Below are positions 1-9,392 of a stretch of DNA of 64,000 nucleotides, piece by piece. The notes below the pieces were generated by a model. It saw only the letters and a list, made by a program, of their open reading frames with translations, was not told the DNA's origin and searched no databases. The position numbers and the translations under genes are program-made. The stretch is taken from positions 1,645 to 65,644 of the forward strand of contig CAJJBR010000044.1 in assembly GCA_905182475.1 (NCBI GenBank). The letters are read 5' to 3'. Numbering within the stretch: the first letter of the stretch is position 1; each line of letters begins with the position of its first letter. The DNA comes from Akkermansiaceae bacterium (GTDB lineage: Bacteria > Verrucomicrobiota > Verrucomicrobiia > Verrucomicrobiales > Akkermansiaceae).

Positions 1-559
1 TGCGTCCGTCACCTGAACGCGCGTTCTTACGTTTTTCAGGATTTATCCATTTCAAAAAAAAATCTCAGATCTAATCTGATAATGCGCATCTTCGCCCCAT
101 CCGCTCCATTCTCTTCGATAAAACCGCTACTGAAAACGGGCCTGTCGCATGGCACCAGGATCTGACCATCTGCACAAAGCAAGAAATACCCACCGAGGGA
201 TACGGCCCTTGGAGTAACAAAGACGGAGTCCCCCACGTACAGCCTCCGGTCGCATTGCTAAAAACCATGGTAACAACTAGAATCCACCTCGATCCCACGA
301 ATTCGAACAACGGAGCCCTCATGGTCATCCCCGGCTCCCACTCTACGGAAAAATCCCTTCCGCAACCATCCTGGATCTGGTCGGAAACTCCACCGAAACC
401 TGCGAATGCCAGCCCGGCGACGTCCTCCTCATGTCCCCTCTCATCCTGCATTCATCAAAACGCAGTACCCGCCCGAGCCGCCGCCGCATCCTCCATTTCG
501 AATACGCACCCCCGGATGCACTTGACTCCCGCCTCACCTGGCACGAAACCGCTCGATAA
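1..559 (+). pseudogene. PhyH-family Fe(II)/2-oxoglutarate dioxygenase, cut by the window edge and frameshifted
   Basis: Three frames must be joined. Frame 1 (1 to ~78) reads ..VRHLNARSYVFQDL... Frame 3 (~78 to ~350) reads ..IRSILFDKTATENGPVAWHQDLTI..RIHLDPTNSNNGALMVIPGSH. After a 1-nt shift it reads ..CECQPGDVLLMSPLILHSSKRS..RRRILHFEY, ending at TAA 557-559. The WHQD, NGAL-V-PGSH and GDVLL motifs are PhyH-like. Confidence 0.6.
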
Positions 560-653
560 ACCAGTTTCAACACCTATCCTCCGCAAAGGGGTTGCAAACC
601 CCTTCTCCATATTCCACTGATCACTGATCACTCGGCACTAGCCACTTCTTCCC

Positions 654-2321
654 ATGTCCGACACCCCAAAACTCGATTTCATCCGAGAAATCATCGCAAC
701 CGACCTCACTTCCGGAAAACACGAAACCACCGTCACCCGTTTCCCACCGGAGCCGAACGGCTACCTCCACCTCGGCCACGCGAAATCCATCTGCCTGAAT
801 TTCGGCATCGCCGAGGAACATCCCAACGCGAAATGCAATCTCCGCTTCGACGACACCAACCCGGAAAAAGAGGAAACTGAATACGTAGAATCCATCAAGG
901 CCGACGTGAAATGGCTCGGCTTCGATTGGGCTGACGATCTCTATTTCGCCTCCAACTACTTCGAATTCTTCCACGATTGCGCCGTTCATCTCATCAATAA
1001 CGGCCTAGCATACGTCGATGAGGAAAGCCCTGAGGAAATCAAACTCCATCGCGGCAATGTCCAAACGCCCGGTGTCCCTTCCAAATATCGCGATCGTTCT
1101 GTAGAGCAAAACCTCGAAAAGTTTGCCGACATGCGTGCGGGAAAATTCAAGGAAGGGGAAGCCGTGCTACGCGCAAAAATCGGCCTTACCTCCTCGAACA
1201 TGAACATGCGTGATCCGGTCATGTATCGTATCATGCACGCCAAGCATCACAACACTGGCAACGACTGGTGCATCTACCCGATGTATGACTTCGCCCACCC
1301 GCTAGAGGATGCGCACGAGCACATCACCCACTCGCTCTGCACCCTGGAATTCGAAAACCACCGCCCGCTCTACAACTGGTTCGTCGAAAACTGCCCCGTC
1401 CCGTCCACCCCGCGCCAGATCGAATTCGCCAGACTGAGCCTCACTTACACGATCATGAGCAAGCGCAAGCTTCTCCAGCTCGTCCAAGAAGGCCACGTTT
1501 CCGGCTGGGACGACCCTCGCCTCCCAACCATCTCCGGAATCCGCCGCCGCGGCTACCCGCCGGAAGCCATCCGCCATTTCTGCAAACGAATCGGCATCAC
1601 CAAATACAACGGCACCACTGATGTCGCACTACTGGAGCACGACATCCGGGACCACCTCAACCCCACCGCTCCCCGCCGCATGGCCGTGCTCAATCCGTTA
1701 AAAGTCGTCATCGAAAACTTCTCCGAAGAACCTACTACAACCGCAGTAATTCAAAACCATCCGCAGGACGAATCCTTCGGCGAACGCGAGGTTTCCCTTT
1801 CCGGGGAAATCTTCATCGAACGCGATGACTTCCAGGAGATTCCCGAGAAAAAGTATTTCCGCCTCGCTCCAGAAAAATACGTCCGCCTCCGTGGCGGCCC
1901 CATCATCCAGTGCACAGGTTTTGAGAAAAACGACTCAGGGGAAATTACTCTCGTCTGCGTGAAACTTCTGCCAAACACCACCGGTCAGGACTCCCCTGAA
2001 GGGGTAAAATGCAAAGCCGCAATCCACTGGGTGGATGCCGCCACCGCAGTCGATGCCGAAGTCCGCCTCTATGACCGCCTCTTCACCGTCGAAGATCCTG
2101 ATGCTGCGGAAGGTGGTTTCCTCAGCGTCCTCAATCCAGAATCCGTCGATACAGCAAACGCCAAAGTCGAAGCTTCCCTGCTCCTCGAACCCGCCGGCTA
2201 TTCTTGCCAGTTCGAGCGCACTGGATATTTTGTAACTGACTCCAAAGAACACATTCCCGGTGAAAAAGCCGTCTTCAACCGCACCGTCGCCCTCCGCGAC
2301 TCCTGGGGAAAAAGGCGCTAA
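654..2321 (+). CDS. glnS: glutaminyl-tRNA synthetase
   Basis: 555-aa ORF with a class I HIGH region (PEPNGYLHLGHAKS), a KMSKS-like IMSKRKL, and a GlnRS-type N-terminus (FIREIIATDL) plus C-terminal anticodon-binding region. Confidence 0.95.
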   Translation: MSDTPKLDFIREIIATDLTSGKHETTVTRFPPEPNGYLHLGHAKSICLNFGIAEEHPNAKCNLRFDDTNPEKEETEYVESIKADVKWLGFDWADDLYFASNYFEFFHDCAVHLINNGLAYVDEESPEEIKLHRGNVQTPGVPSKYRDRSVEQNLEKFADMRAGKFKEGEAVLRAKIGLTSSNMNMRDPVMYRIMHAKHHNTGNDWCIYPMYDFAHPLEDAHEHITHSLCTLEFENHRPLYNWFVENCPVPSTPRQIEFARLSLTYTIMSKRKLLQLVQEGHVSGWDDPRLPTISGIRRRGYPPEAIRHFCKRIGITKYNGTTDVALLEHDIRDHLNPTAPRRMAVLNPLKVVIENFSEEPTTTAVIQNHPQDESFGEREVSLSGEIFIERDDFQEIPEKKYFRLAPEKYVRLRGGPIIQCTGFEKNDSGEITLVCVKLLPNTTGQDSPEGVKCKAAIHWVDAATAVDAEVRLYDRLFTVEDPDAAEGGFLSVLNPESVDTANAKVEASLLLEPAGYSCQFERTGYFVTDSKEHIPGEKAVFNRTVALRDSWGKRR

Positions 2322-2448
2322 CTTCGAGGGGCAAGATACCCCAGCTACTGTAGCTGGGGACTCTGGCCCCAGGCCGTTTCGGGAGGCATCCTGCCTCCCG
2401 AATTATCGTGCTACAGACATACTCCCAACCTATAGAATACGGCCAGAC

Positions 2449-5004
2449 ATGTCTGACAAGGAATCGAAAATCTGGTATTATATCTCGGCGGATAAAGAAC
2501 GGATCGGCCCCGTTTCAGTCGGGGAGTTAGGCGCATTGGCCGAAGAGGGCACGATCAACCCGAACACCCTCGTTTGGAGCCCTAACCACCCAGACTGGAT
2601 TCCTGCTTCAAAGATCACGGAATTGTTGACTCCCGCGAAGACGTCGATCGCTCAGGCCCCCGAGCCTCCCTCGGCATTGGTAGAACCTCTTCCACCCCAG
2701 GAGCTCAAGCCACGCAAGGGATCTTTCCTTTACTCCAGAATCGTCGGGACATTCATCGCTACAGCCGTGATCAGCGCGATGATAACCGGAGTCCTCTTCA
2801 GCATCGATGAACCCCTTTGGATCGCACTACTGGTTTTCATATTCGGAAACATTCTCGGACTGGTTGCTGGCCTGGTCGCATACCGGAAGGAACGCTACCT
2901 CATTCAAGCTTCCCACCTAGTATGCCACCGGGGTGGTCTGTTTAGTGATGAAGCTACCGAATTCGAGATACGCAATATCACCCATGTAAAGGTCAGGCTC
3001 CCGTGGCTGCGTTACAAACTGTTCCGCATCGGGGATGTCATCGTGGAAACCGCAGGCAGCTCCAAGCCTATGCTCATGCGGGCGATCCACGACCCAGAAG
3101 ACATCTATGCAGGGATGCGCGAGCGGATGAAATCCAACGGCTACGACCTTTCCCAACGGGAACTCCTCCACGAGGAAAGGCCGGCACTCATCGGAGTGAT
3201 CGGCGAATGCGTCGGATTGCTCGTCGGTGCTGCATTCTTCTTTTTTGTTTTCCTCGGAGGATTGCTGAACGACGCCGATATTTCCTTGGAAGGGAAAGCC
3301 TTGCAGGGTGCAGTTGGCGTCATATTGGTGGGGATTATCATCTTCATCATCCTTCGCTTTCTGGATGTCCGGAGGCGCACCTACCGGGTCTTCAACGATG
3401 TGCTCGTCTATGAAGAAGGCTTCCTCACCCGCCAGAACGCATTCATCCCCTACGAAAACATCGCGGACTCCAATACTAAGCGAACCTTCATCGACCAGAT
3501 CCTCGGGCTCTACGATGTTCTGGTCAGTTGTCAGGGAAGCAGTTCGGAAATTAAATTTCGGCGGTTGAAAAACGGGGACAATCTCTCCAACGCGATCGAC
3601 CAACTCGTCTCCTCCGCCAGCAAGAAGCCGAAGCCTTCCAAGCAGACCGGCCGTGAAAACCCCGAAAATGCGGCACCCAAGCGCCCCACCCGGATCGAGC
3701 CGGAACCCGTTCCCGATGGGAACATCAAGATGGCCGAATACCGGATCAACGCCCTCCGCCTGCTCGTTCCGCAACTTTTCCTGCTGCCGCTGTTTCCGCT
3801 CTGGATTCTGGCGATGCTGAAATCCCTGATCCTTCTTTCCTCCACACGTTATTTCGTGCGACCGGGTTCACTCCGCCATTCCTACAAGTTCCTCAGCGTC
3901 GATGACCGTGAGTTTTCCTACGACAAAATCACCGGGGTCGTGATCAAAAGGAACCTCTGGGACAAATGGTTTGGAACGATGACCCTTAAATTCTGGTCCA
4001 TCGGTTCGGGAAAAGCCCTGGAGTTCGCCCACGTGCACTGCGGGCAGGTGGACCTCCCAGCGCTAATGCGTCAAGTAGGCATCCCACCAGCCTCGGAGGA
4101 AAGCTACAACGTGGAGGCAAGATTCGGTATCATCACGTGGTTGCGCGCACGAATTTGGGCAGTTCTATTTCTCTTCGTCTATTCAGTGGCTGTCACCGTA
4201 GGTGCTCTATTAGCCGAAGAAACTTTGTTTTATGTCCTCCTGATGATGCCCGTCCTCATCGGCATCGTTGGCCTCATTTACGCGAAGCTCTACTATTCCC
4301 GCCAGCGCCTCCGTTTCCACGAACACCACGTGGAGGCCGAACATGGAGTCATTACCAAGAGCTTCTACTACGTCCGCTACAAGAATGTGAAACGGATCAC
4401 GGCGACCCGCTACCCTGGTATTGAGCAAGGTGAGCTGAAGATTTATGTAGCCGGTGAAGAACAGGCTTACGCCCAGCAAAAAAAGCAAAAGGGGCTCAAA
4501 CCGATGCTGAAGCAATGCTCCTTCACCTCCGGCATGCTGCCACACCCGGTGGAATCCAGCAGTCTCCTCGACGACATCCTATCCGGCAGGACTGCCCCAT
4601 CATCTGAGGCGACCCCCGCCGAAGCATCGGAAACGCTCGCGGAATCGCCCCGCTCGGTTGGAAACTCCCTGGTCGCTCTGTTGCTCATCAGCATCCTCCT
4701 CTTCCCACTGATCGCACTCCTACCGATCACTATTCCACTGACCATCCTACGTGTGAAACGCTGGCGCTACCGCGTTGAGAATTTCCGTATCGTCACCAAC
4801 CATGGAGTCCTTTTCCGCAGCGATACAAGCGTGTTGCTCGATCAGGTCGATAGCCTCCAACACAGCCAAGGAATACTGAATAAAATTTTCCGGAATGGAA
4901 AAGTAAGCATCATGACCGCCGGCAGCAGCAAACCAGATCTCGTCCTCATCGATTCGCCGGGGTATCGAAAACTTCACGATACAATCCGTGAGAATACGGA
5001 GTAG
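2449..5004 (+). CDS. membrane protein: N-terminal GYF_2 (DUF4339)-like domain followed by five tandem [2 TM helices + bPH_2/YdbT-like] modules
   Basis: Start ATG 2449 (MSDKESKIWYYISADKERIGPVS..LVWSPNHPDWIPASKI is GYF_2-like); the track ORF start at 2260 overlaps glnS. Five repeats of a hydrophobic hairpin followed by motifs such as YLIQASHLVCHRGGLF, YRVFNDVLVYEEGFL, YFVRPGSLRHSYKFL, LRFHEHHVEAEHGVI and YRVENFRIVTNHGVLF. Confidence 0.75.
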   Translation: MSDKESKIWYYISADKERIGPVSVGELGALAEEGTINPNTLVWSPNHPDWIPASKITELLTPAKTSIAQAPEPPSALVEPLPPQELKPRKGSFLYSRIVGTFIATAVISAMITGVLFSIDEPLWIALLVFIFGNILGLVAGLVAYRKERYLIQASHLVCHRGGLFSDEATEFEIRNITHVKVRLPWLRYKLFRIGDVIVETAGSSKPMLMRAIHDPEDIYAGMRERMKSNGYDLSQRELLHEERPALIGVIGECVGLLVGAAFFFFVFLGGLLNDADISLEGKALQGAVGVILVGIIIFIILRFLDVRRRTYRVFNDVLVYEEGFLTRQNAFIPYENIADSNTKRTFIDQILGLYDVLVSCQGSSSEIKFRRLKNGDNLSNAIDQLVSSASKKPKPSKQTGRENPENAAPKRPTRIEPEPVPDGNIKMAEYRINALRLLVPQLFLLPLFPLWILAMLKSLILLSSTRYFVRPGSLRHSYKFLSVDDREFSYDKITGVVIKRNLWDKWFGTMTLKFWSIGSGKALEFAHVHCGQVDLPALMRQVGIPPASEESYNVEARFGIITWLRARIWAVLFLFVYSVAVTVGALLAEETLFYVLLMMPVLIGIVGLIYAKLYYSRQRLRFHEHHVEAEHGVITKSFYYVRYKNVKRITATRYPGIEQGELKIYVAGEEQAYAQQKKQKGLKPMLKQCSFTSGMLPHPVESSSLLDDILSGRTAPSSEATPAEASETLAESPRSVGNSLVALLLISILLFPLIALLPITIPLTILRVKRWRYRVENFRIVTNHGVLFRSDTSVLLDQVDSLQHSQGILNKIFRNGKVSIMTAGSSKPDLVLIDSPGYRKLHDTIRENTE

Positions 5005-5009
5005 CCTCC

Positions 5010-5885
5010 TCAAACCAGCACCATTGCCAGAGCAGCAACCATCAGAGCAGCACCTACCAGCTGCCTCCACCCGAGCGTGGATTTGTTACGACTGGTGACT
5101 AACCAGACGAAGAAAACCGCCATCACGCCACGTGTGCTGTAGGCGATGTTGCTCAAGGCAGGTTCAGCGAATTTGCTAAATGCTATATTCACAAGCAGTG
5201 CCTGCACACCGAGGGCAAGCCCAGCACCCGCTACCGGCCATCCGGTTTTCACCGTTGAAAATGCTGACGCAAGATCCTTCCACTTTGGAATCAGCATGCC
5301 AACCGAAAGCGCTCCTGCCGAAAGCATCATCAGGATCAGCCACCGAGCCGCGCCGGTTTCCTGGCTCTTCCAGCCAGTCATGAAATCATTGATCGCAAAG
5401 AAAACACAGGCCACGAGCGTAAGCCCGAGGGTCGCCCTATTCGCCTTCCAGCGTTCCGCTGTGGCTCCGGTAACGAGATAGACTGCCGCTGCCGCCAAAA
5501 TCGCCCCACCGAAGAGACCTACTCCCGCCTTTTCCAGACCGACACTCGCCGAAAGTGTCGCCACGATGAGCACTTTGAAACCCAAGGCCGAGGAGTGAAC
5601 CACCAGATCACCCTCCCTGACAGACTGCACGGAAAACCACTGACCCCAGAAAAACAGGACGCCGTTCAAAATCGCCAGCATATCCACAAAGGTGAACGCG
5701 TGGGTAAAATCTGGCCTCAAATATACAGCAAAAATTCCTAAGGTCATCAGGTTTGCGAAGCCGAGAACCACTGACATACGCACCCCGTTTCGGGTCGCCC
5801 GCTGGATCATCGCGCCGAGAAGCGGATGCAGGGCAGCACCCAACAAAGGTAAAACTATCGCTCCCGACAATACATCCACAACCAC
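5010..5885 (-). CDS. DMT/EamA-like polytopic membrane transporter
   Basis: 291-aa ORF that is almost entirely hydrophobic, with about 10 predicted TM segments and a two-halves organisation. Family assignment is by overall look only. Confidence 0.55.
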   Translation of the reverse strand: MVVDVLSGAIVLPLLGAALHPLLGAMIQRATRNGVRMSVVLGFANLMTLGIFAVYLRPDFTHAFTFVDMLAILNGVLFFWGQWFSVQSVREGDLVVHSSALGFKVLIVATLSASVGLEKAGVGLFGGAILAAAAVYLVTGATAERWKANRATLGLTLVACVFFAINDFMTGWKSQETGAARWLILMMLSAGALSVGMLIPKWKDLASAFSTVKTGWPVAGAGLALGVQALLVNIAFSKFAEPALSNIAYSTRGVMAVFFVWLVTSRNKSTLGWRQLVGAALMVAALAMVLV

Positions 5886-5971
5886 CGGTTAACCTGTCAC
5901 GGATTACCGGTCAATCCCAGCTCTCCCTATTTCCAACTTGGCGAAGCATCCCGTCCCACCAATCCTGCGGC

Positions 5972-6508
5972 ATGAAAAAAGATATCGAACGCATTCTCAT
6001 CGATGAAGCGGTTATCCAAAAACGCCTCGATACGATGGCCAAGGAAATCGAAACGGATTTCCCAGCTGGCCCCATTATCGCGATCGTGCTACTGAAAGGC
6101 GCTTTCGTTTTCGCTGCGGACCTGCTGCGCCGTATTCCACGGGAGTTATCCATCGAGTGCCTGAATGTCTCCAGCTACCACGGTGGAATGGAGAGTTCCG
6201 GCAAAGTCGACTTTCTCGATAGACATTTCCCCGAGGTGAAGGGCGCCCACGTCCTACTGCTCGATGACATCCTAGATACCGGCCGAACTCTCGCTGCGGT
6301 AGCAAAAAGACTAGAAGAAGAAGGAGCTCTAGCCGTCCACACAGGCGTTCTTCTCGCCAAGGACAAGAAGCGGGCGGAGGAAGTTGAGGCCGACTACACC
6401 GGGTTCGAGATCGGAGACGAATTCGTTGTCGGCTACGGCCTGGACTACAAAGGAAAATACCGGAATCTCCCGTATGTGGGTGTGCTGAAGCTGTCGGCTG
6501 CAAATTGA
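5972..6508 (+). CDS. hpt: hypoxanthine phosphoribosyltransferase
   Basis: Start ATG 5972 (MKKDIERILIDEAVIQKRL). PRPP-binding loop VLLLDDILDTGRTL and C-terminal GYGLDYKGKYRNLPYVGVL typical of Hpt. Confidence 0.9.
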   Translation: MKKDIERILIDEAVIQKRLDTMAKEIETDFPAGPIIAIVLLKGAFVFAADLLRRIPRELSIECLNVSSYHGGMESSGKVDFLDRHFPEVKGAHVLLLDDILDTGRTLAAVAKRLEEEGALAVHTGVLLAKDKKRAEEVEADYTGFEIGDEFVVGYGLDYKGKYRNLPYVGVLKLSAAN

Positions 6509-6961
6509 GCCGGAGCCGCGTCCTCCAGAACGCGAATCCGTTACTGCATCAAAACCAGCTTCAGCAGACCATCGTCATTCTCTGCGAATCTCGCGACCAA
6601 CCGGTAGCCTCTTCCAAGGAGCCACCGCACTCAGTATCGGAGCAACCTGGATCGAGCCGTTTTCTATGAGTTCGATAGCCTCACAGGCGGGCCGGAAAGT
6701 GGAGCCACTCGGCAGGCAAGGAGAAACCCTTGGGGGGAATTTTCTTTGCCGGTTTTGATGACACCCGTGGGTTCCTATTTTTTTCTCCACATAGTGGATG
6801 GTTTTAAAAAACCGCCCCCTATCGGACAATTAACCCCTTTATCTACAAGAATCCTAACTACTTTCCAGGAAACGTGTGTTATGAACGCATGTGAAAAGCA
6901 GATGGCGTGACGCGCTTGTCCGCCGTAGCTTTAGCGAAGGAGGGAGCGGGGTTTGCTCTGC

Positions 6962-7108
6962 AGGTTGGTTTTTGCCCGCCTCACCGATAGGACGAATCAC
7001 GAAAAACTCCCCCATTTGCCCCCAAATCTCCCCTCAACCTCCAAGCAGTTCCCCGTAGGTATGGGCTTTGCGGCGCAAGCCCTACAGCGGGACTGTCCCT
7101 ATGCGATA
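6962..7108. repeat. direct repeat copy A (~145 nt), paired with 8614-8755
   Basis: aggtt..tttgcc(c/a)gcctcaccga(t/c)agg..ccccatt(t/c)gcccc..cccgtaggtatg(g/a)g..actgtccctatgcgata aligns by eye with copy B in the same orientation, roughly three quarters identical. Confidence 0.7.
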
Positions 7109-7180
7109 ACCCATCTAACCACTTTTGACCAAACGGAGGCTGGCTCTGCGGGGACGCAACCACGCCAAGGGATAGTCAAA

Positions 7181-7296
7181 ACAGAGGGGCGACCGGACGC
7201 CCAAAACCGTCACAGGGCATGGCATCACTCACGTGATACCATGCCCTGTGCATCGTACAAACCTAACAACAGCAGGGCGACCAGAGCCCCCTCTGT
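7181..7296. repeat. nested inverted repeats (long hairpin inside an outer stem)
   Basis: Inner 18-bp stem cacagggcatggcatcac (7211-7228) / gtgataccatgccctgtg (7233-7250) with one mismatch and a 4-nt loop. Outer arms acagaggggc (7181-7190) / gccccctctgt (7286-7296). The direct motif gggcgacc(g/a)ga occurs twice. Confidence 0.7.
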
Positions 7297-7443
7297 CATA
7301 CCTCAGAAAATCCCACCAACCTGCGTGGAACAATCAGCAAGAAAGTACAACCCCATTGGAACTAAATGACAGTCTCAGCGTGGAAATCCTCCGAAAATCA
7401 CCCGACATCAATTTGGTAATCCCGTACGATGACAATTTGGGAT

Positions 7444-8690
7444 TTAACAGAGCAATTGTTCCGCGTATTTCCTGTACTTCTCCTGGTTGTCCTTGATGGC
7501 GGAGAGGTTTTCCCCGCCCAGCTCGAAGATTATACAATTTGTTTTTTTTGGGTATGCAACGCGTCTGAGGTGACGGTTGCGTTTTCCAATAAGGCACCGC
7601 TTTGACTGAGGAGTTTCTGCGCCACGGGAAGCTCGGAGTCATCCTTTGCACCGCTGTAGCTGGCCATGGCCACGGGCCTTCCGTCCTCGTGACGGCACAA
7701 GGTGACGATGGCTCCCAGGGAGTGGCCGAGGTCTTTTCCGTCCAGAGCGAGGCTTTTGGGCAGCTTGTCCTGGTGGACCGAGAGCCATTGGTTGAGAGCG
7801 GTGGCAAGGGCTTCGGGGTCGACGGCGTTGACGAAATCGTTGATGGCGCCGTAGCCGGGCATAACGAGGCGCCCGTGCTTGTTGCGCACGTTCAGGCCTA
7901 TGGCTTTGCGTTGTCCCTGGTTTAGTGCGACGCAGCGTTTCCAGATGGATTTCACATCCGGTGCGCCAACGAGCAGGCCGTGGGCGATGAGACCGAAGTA
8001 TGCGATTTTGGCAAAACGCCGGGAGAAAGGACTCCGGTGGTCCGGGATGTTGTGGAAGGCGTCCGAGAGGCTGCGCAGGTGCTTGTGGGACAGCGCGCAG
8101 CGCGCTCCGGCAACGCCCTCGCTGGTGCCTTTTTGGAAAATTTCCTCAAGCCGGGCGGGACTGGAGAGGAGTTGGTTGGATTTTTTATGAAGTGGATAAA
8201 TCCAGTATTTTTTCGGGGCTTTTTGGTCGGTGTAGAATTCGCTCTTATGGCGTGCGAAGCCTTTGCTAAATCCCAATGCCATCCAGTTGCTGGCTTTGTA
8301 AATGGTACCTTCGTGAAGCTGCGGATCGCTGAAACTCTCGGCGAGAAGGGGGCGGTATCCGTATTTTTCCTCGAAATGTCCGGGAAGTTCGCGCAAGGCG
8401 AGGCCCATACAACGGGTGGCGAGGTTGGGTTCGCGCCGGGATTCCACGACGAGGAACCTCCGCAGTTGGGTGACGAGGGGAAGTCGGCTTCCCCGGGTGA
8501 GCGGATCCCAGCCTATCCATTCGTCGCGGTCTTTGAGGCGCAGGGCCGCCCCCGAAGACCGACCCGGCAAGAAATATGTTGCGATGCAGAATCTGACGCA
8601 TTTACTGACGATTAGGTTTTTGCCAGCCTCACCGACAGGCCGAACAAAGGAAAATGCCCCATTCGCCCCAAAATCCCCCCTCGATCTCAA
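7444..8690 (-). pseudogene. degraded DUF4338 (DruA-like N-domain)::ISAs1-family transposase
   Basis: RDEWIGWDP..LVTQLRRFLV..NLATRCMGLALRELPGHFEEKYGYRPLLAESFSDPQLHEGTIYKASNWMALG is DUF4338-like. LALDGKDLG..TSDALHTQKKQI is ISAs1-like. The frame breaks at an A8 run (~7538-7545), continues in another frame (IIFELGGENLSAIKDNQEKY) and then stops at 7444. The catalytic C-terminal half is absent. Confidence 0.65.
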
Positions 8691-8770
8691 CGTCGTTTCC
8701 CGTAGGTATGAGGTTTACGGTGCAATCCCTACTGCGGAACTGTCCCTATGCGATACATCCCTATGCGATA
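8614..8770. repeat. direct repeat copy B (with a local tandem duplication of ccctatgcgata)
   Basis: Matches 6962-7108. The last 13-15 nt (tccctatgcgata) occur twice in tandem at 8743-8755 and 8758-8770. It lies immediately 5' of the DUF4338/ISAs1 remnant on the minus strand. Confidence 0.7.
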
Positions 8771-8799
8771 CGGTGCTCGTGAATCCAGTCGTCCGTCCA

Positions 8800-9100
8800 T
8801 CCCTAGCTTTGGCCGGGTTCGGCTACCCCTTGGCATCCGAGTATGAAGCATTTGAAAAACAATTCTCCGCAAGTAAGATCTCCCCAAGGCACGCGGCGCA
8901 GCCCTGATCGAACTCGAGCAAATGCGCAGCGCCGATGTGGTTCGGGCGGTGGCCGACGGACGCCTCGACTTCGGCATTGTCCGTGAGGATGCCGTGCCAG
9001 CTGAAATCAAACGTTGGAAGCTGGGAGCGGTCGGTTATGCATTATTCGGGTCAAAGGCGCTCCTGCGAGGCTGCTCGTCCGCAGAGCAGGCGCTTCAGAA
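8800..9100 (+). pseudogene. LysR-family regulator fragment (substrate-binding domain only, frameshifted)
   Basis: ..LIELEQMRSADVVRAVADGRLDFGIVREDAVPAEIKRWKLGAVGYALFGSKALL resembles the first lobe of a LysR effector domain. No HTH-coding part lies upstream and no intact C-terminus lies downstream. Confidence 0.4.
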
Positions 9101-9392
9101 CCCCCCGGAGTCTCGATCGCTCGGGCATCGCCCCTGGCATTGCTACAAAGCTGGCAGCGCTCCTTGTTACAGGAGACGCGGGGTCAAATATAACGAAATT
9201 ACCTGCGCCTCCGCAACAGATCCACTTCCATCGCGTTTCAAATGCCCATAGCTGTGCTTCATTTGATTTATCCAACTCTCGTAGTCTACTGGATCGAAGC
9301 ATCGTCATCGGCACACCTCCACCGCACGATAAATTTGCCCAATCTTTAGTGGGTTGCCACCTCCGCACGCCGTATCGAGATCGGTCCCGTAT

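Noticed and set aside
2339-2400. Hairpins ccccagcta/tagctgggg and cgggaggca/tgcctcccg between glnS and the GYF gene
   Set aside because: They are real stems but short and lack U-tracts. They are most simply a weak glnS terminator or attenuator, and nothing marks them as a distinct element.
2917-3774. Long antisense or alternative-frame ORFs (such as 2917-3774 -, 21886-22686 -, 38353-39066 -, 44773-45423 -, 49452-50408 +, 12318-12983 +)
   Set aside because: They lie fully inside well-supported genes on the other strand or frame. Their compositions are low-complexity and Arg/Ser/Pro-rich, as is typical of GC-rich shadow ORFs.
6660-6760. ggccggaaagtggagccactcggcaggcaagg resembles SRP RNA domain IV, RNase P CR-I and the cobalamin-riboswitch core
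   Set aside because: None of the other conserved blocks of these RNAs (GAAGCAGCC, the RNase P CR-IV/CR-V blocks, the B12 box) are present nearby. No downstream gene is there for a riboswitch to control. The region is probably pseudogene debris.
6575-6829. 84-aa minus-strand ORF whose ..ACEAIELIENGSIQVAPILSAV.. faintly resembles a LysR C-terminal lobe (a possible inverted second half of the LysR fragment at 8800-9100)
   Set aside because: The similarity is very weak, it is on the opposite strand to the other fragment, and no supporting motifs are present. It is not reportable as a feature.
7181-7296. Retron-like msr/msd architecture (flanking inverted repeats plus long hairpin)
   Set aside because: No reverse transcriptase ORF exists anywhere in the window. 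The adjacent coding remnant is a DDE transposase.
7444-8690. DUF4338 as a marker of a Druantia defence system
   Set aside because: No large DruE-type helicase or other Druantia genes are nearby. The domain is fused to an ISAs1-like transposase fragment and the gene is broken.
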